Source: Candidatus Hydrothermarchaeum profundi | GTDB lineage: Archaea; Hydrothermarchaeota; Hydrothermarchaeia; Hydrothermarchaeales; Hydrothermarchaeaceae | Assembly: GCA_002011125.2 (NCBI GenBank) | Contig: MTMF02000009.1 | Coordinates: 1,288,989-1,352,988 of the forward strand | Length of the DNA: 64,000 nt | Direction: 5' to 3' | Part shown: piece by piece, positions 63,694 to 64,000 of the stretch | How positions within the stretch are numbered: the first letter of the stretch is position 1 | Layout of the letters: each line of letters begins with the position of its first letter | Notes under the pieces: generated by a model | What the model was told of the DNA's origin: nothing | Seen by the model: the letters and a program-made list of their open reading frames with translations, nothing else | Database searches by the model: none | Position numbers and translations under genes: made by a program

Positions 63694-64000
63694 TTATCTT
63701 GTTATCTCATATGATGCAACTGTCTCATATAGTTCTTGTGCTTTTGTATTTTTCTCGAAATGATCTCTAATGGGTTCTATCAGTTCATTCAGGCGTTCTG
63801 CGACTGCAATCTTTAGGTCTTGAGGATGTAAATCCCCCGATACAAAAGCTTTTTCTAACTCTGCATATGAATAAAACGTAACGTCGCCCCCGAATTTTGG
63901 AGGCCTCTTAACCTCCAGTTCATGTGAGCTTCTGAAAATTATCTCTTTACAATATTCTAAGATAGGATTTCCTTCAACTACTTTCATCGGACAAAAGGCG
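63694..64000 (-). CDS. tyrS: Tyrosyl-tRNA synthetase, C-terminal part (gene runs off the window)
   Basis: AFCP...GNPILEY, RP.KFGG, LHP.DLK.AVA..L...IEPIR. Confidence 0.9.
   Translation of the reverse strand, partial: AFCPMKVVEGNPILEYCKEIIFRSSHELEVKRPPKFGGDVTFYSYAELEKAFVSGDLHPQDLKIAVAERLNELIEPIRDHFEKNTKAQELYETVASYEITR

Noticed and set aside
1-64000. CRISPR array or rRNA genes
   Set aside because: No run of equal-length repeats with unique spacers and no rRNA-like sequence seen; the 58.1-58.3 kb repeats are only 10-11 bp and flank hairpins
1-64000. Genes with an internal Pyl (in-frame TAG fusing two ORFs)
   Set aside because: Read-through of the TAG-ending genes I traced (5426, 11166, 21897, 27759, 27956, 40022) gave only short tails; none joins a downstream ORF in frame (27956 and 27944 are 14 nt out of phase). 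The TAG at 8332 has no co-oriented ORF nearby

Overview
Archaeal chromosome segment from an AT-rich euryarchaeal-type genome. The gene content suggests a Hydrothermarchaeota-like anaerobe, which is inference only. Layout from left to right: (1) RAD55/KaiC-like ATPase, hisD and a non-discriminating aspS. (2) A decaying integrative island of about 11.8 kb (about 3.7-15.5 kb) anchored at tRNA-Thr(CGT) with a C-terminally truncated tyrosine integrase. It carries nuclease/defence-like cargo (GIY-YIG, two DUF6884-like proteins, PD-(D/E)XK, RNase J-like MBL, HEAT repeat) and an operon ending in a ubiquitin-like protein with a free C-terminal GG. (3) Housekeeping genes and an 11-gene Mrp/Mnh antiporter operon. 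(4) A complete pyrrolysine cassette, pylT-pylSn-pylSc-pylB-pylC-pylD, divergent from an MtaA-family methyltransferase. (5) Cobalt uptake and anaerobic cobalamin synthesis genes. (6) A headless complex I (Fpo/Nuo-like) operon with a CBS protein inserted between subunits C and D. (7) A cluster of unannotated hairpin elements with CU-rich, anti-Shine-Dalgarno-like motifs, which are candidate sRNAs. (8) tRNA-Asn and a tyrS-aIF1A-RIO1-KH-DUF530 operon in which aIF-1A appears to start at CUG. TAG stops are rare in host genes (4 of 65 by manual count). All family assignments come from motif recognition by eye, not from database searches.
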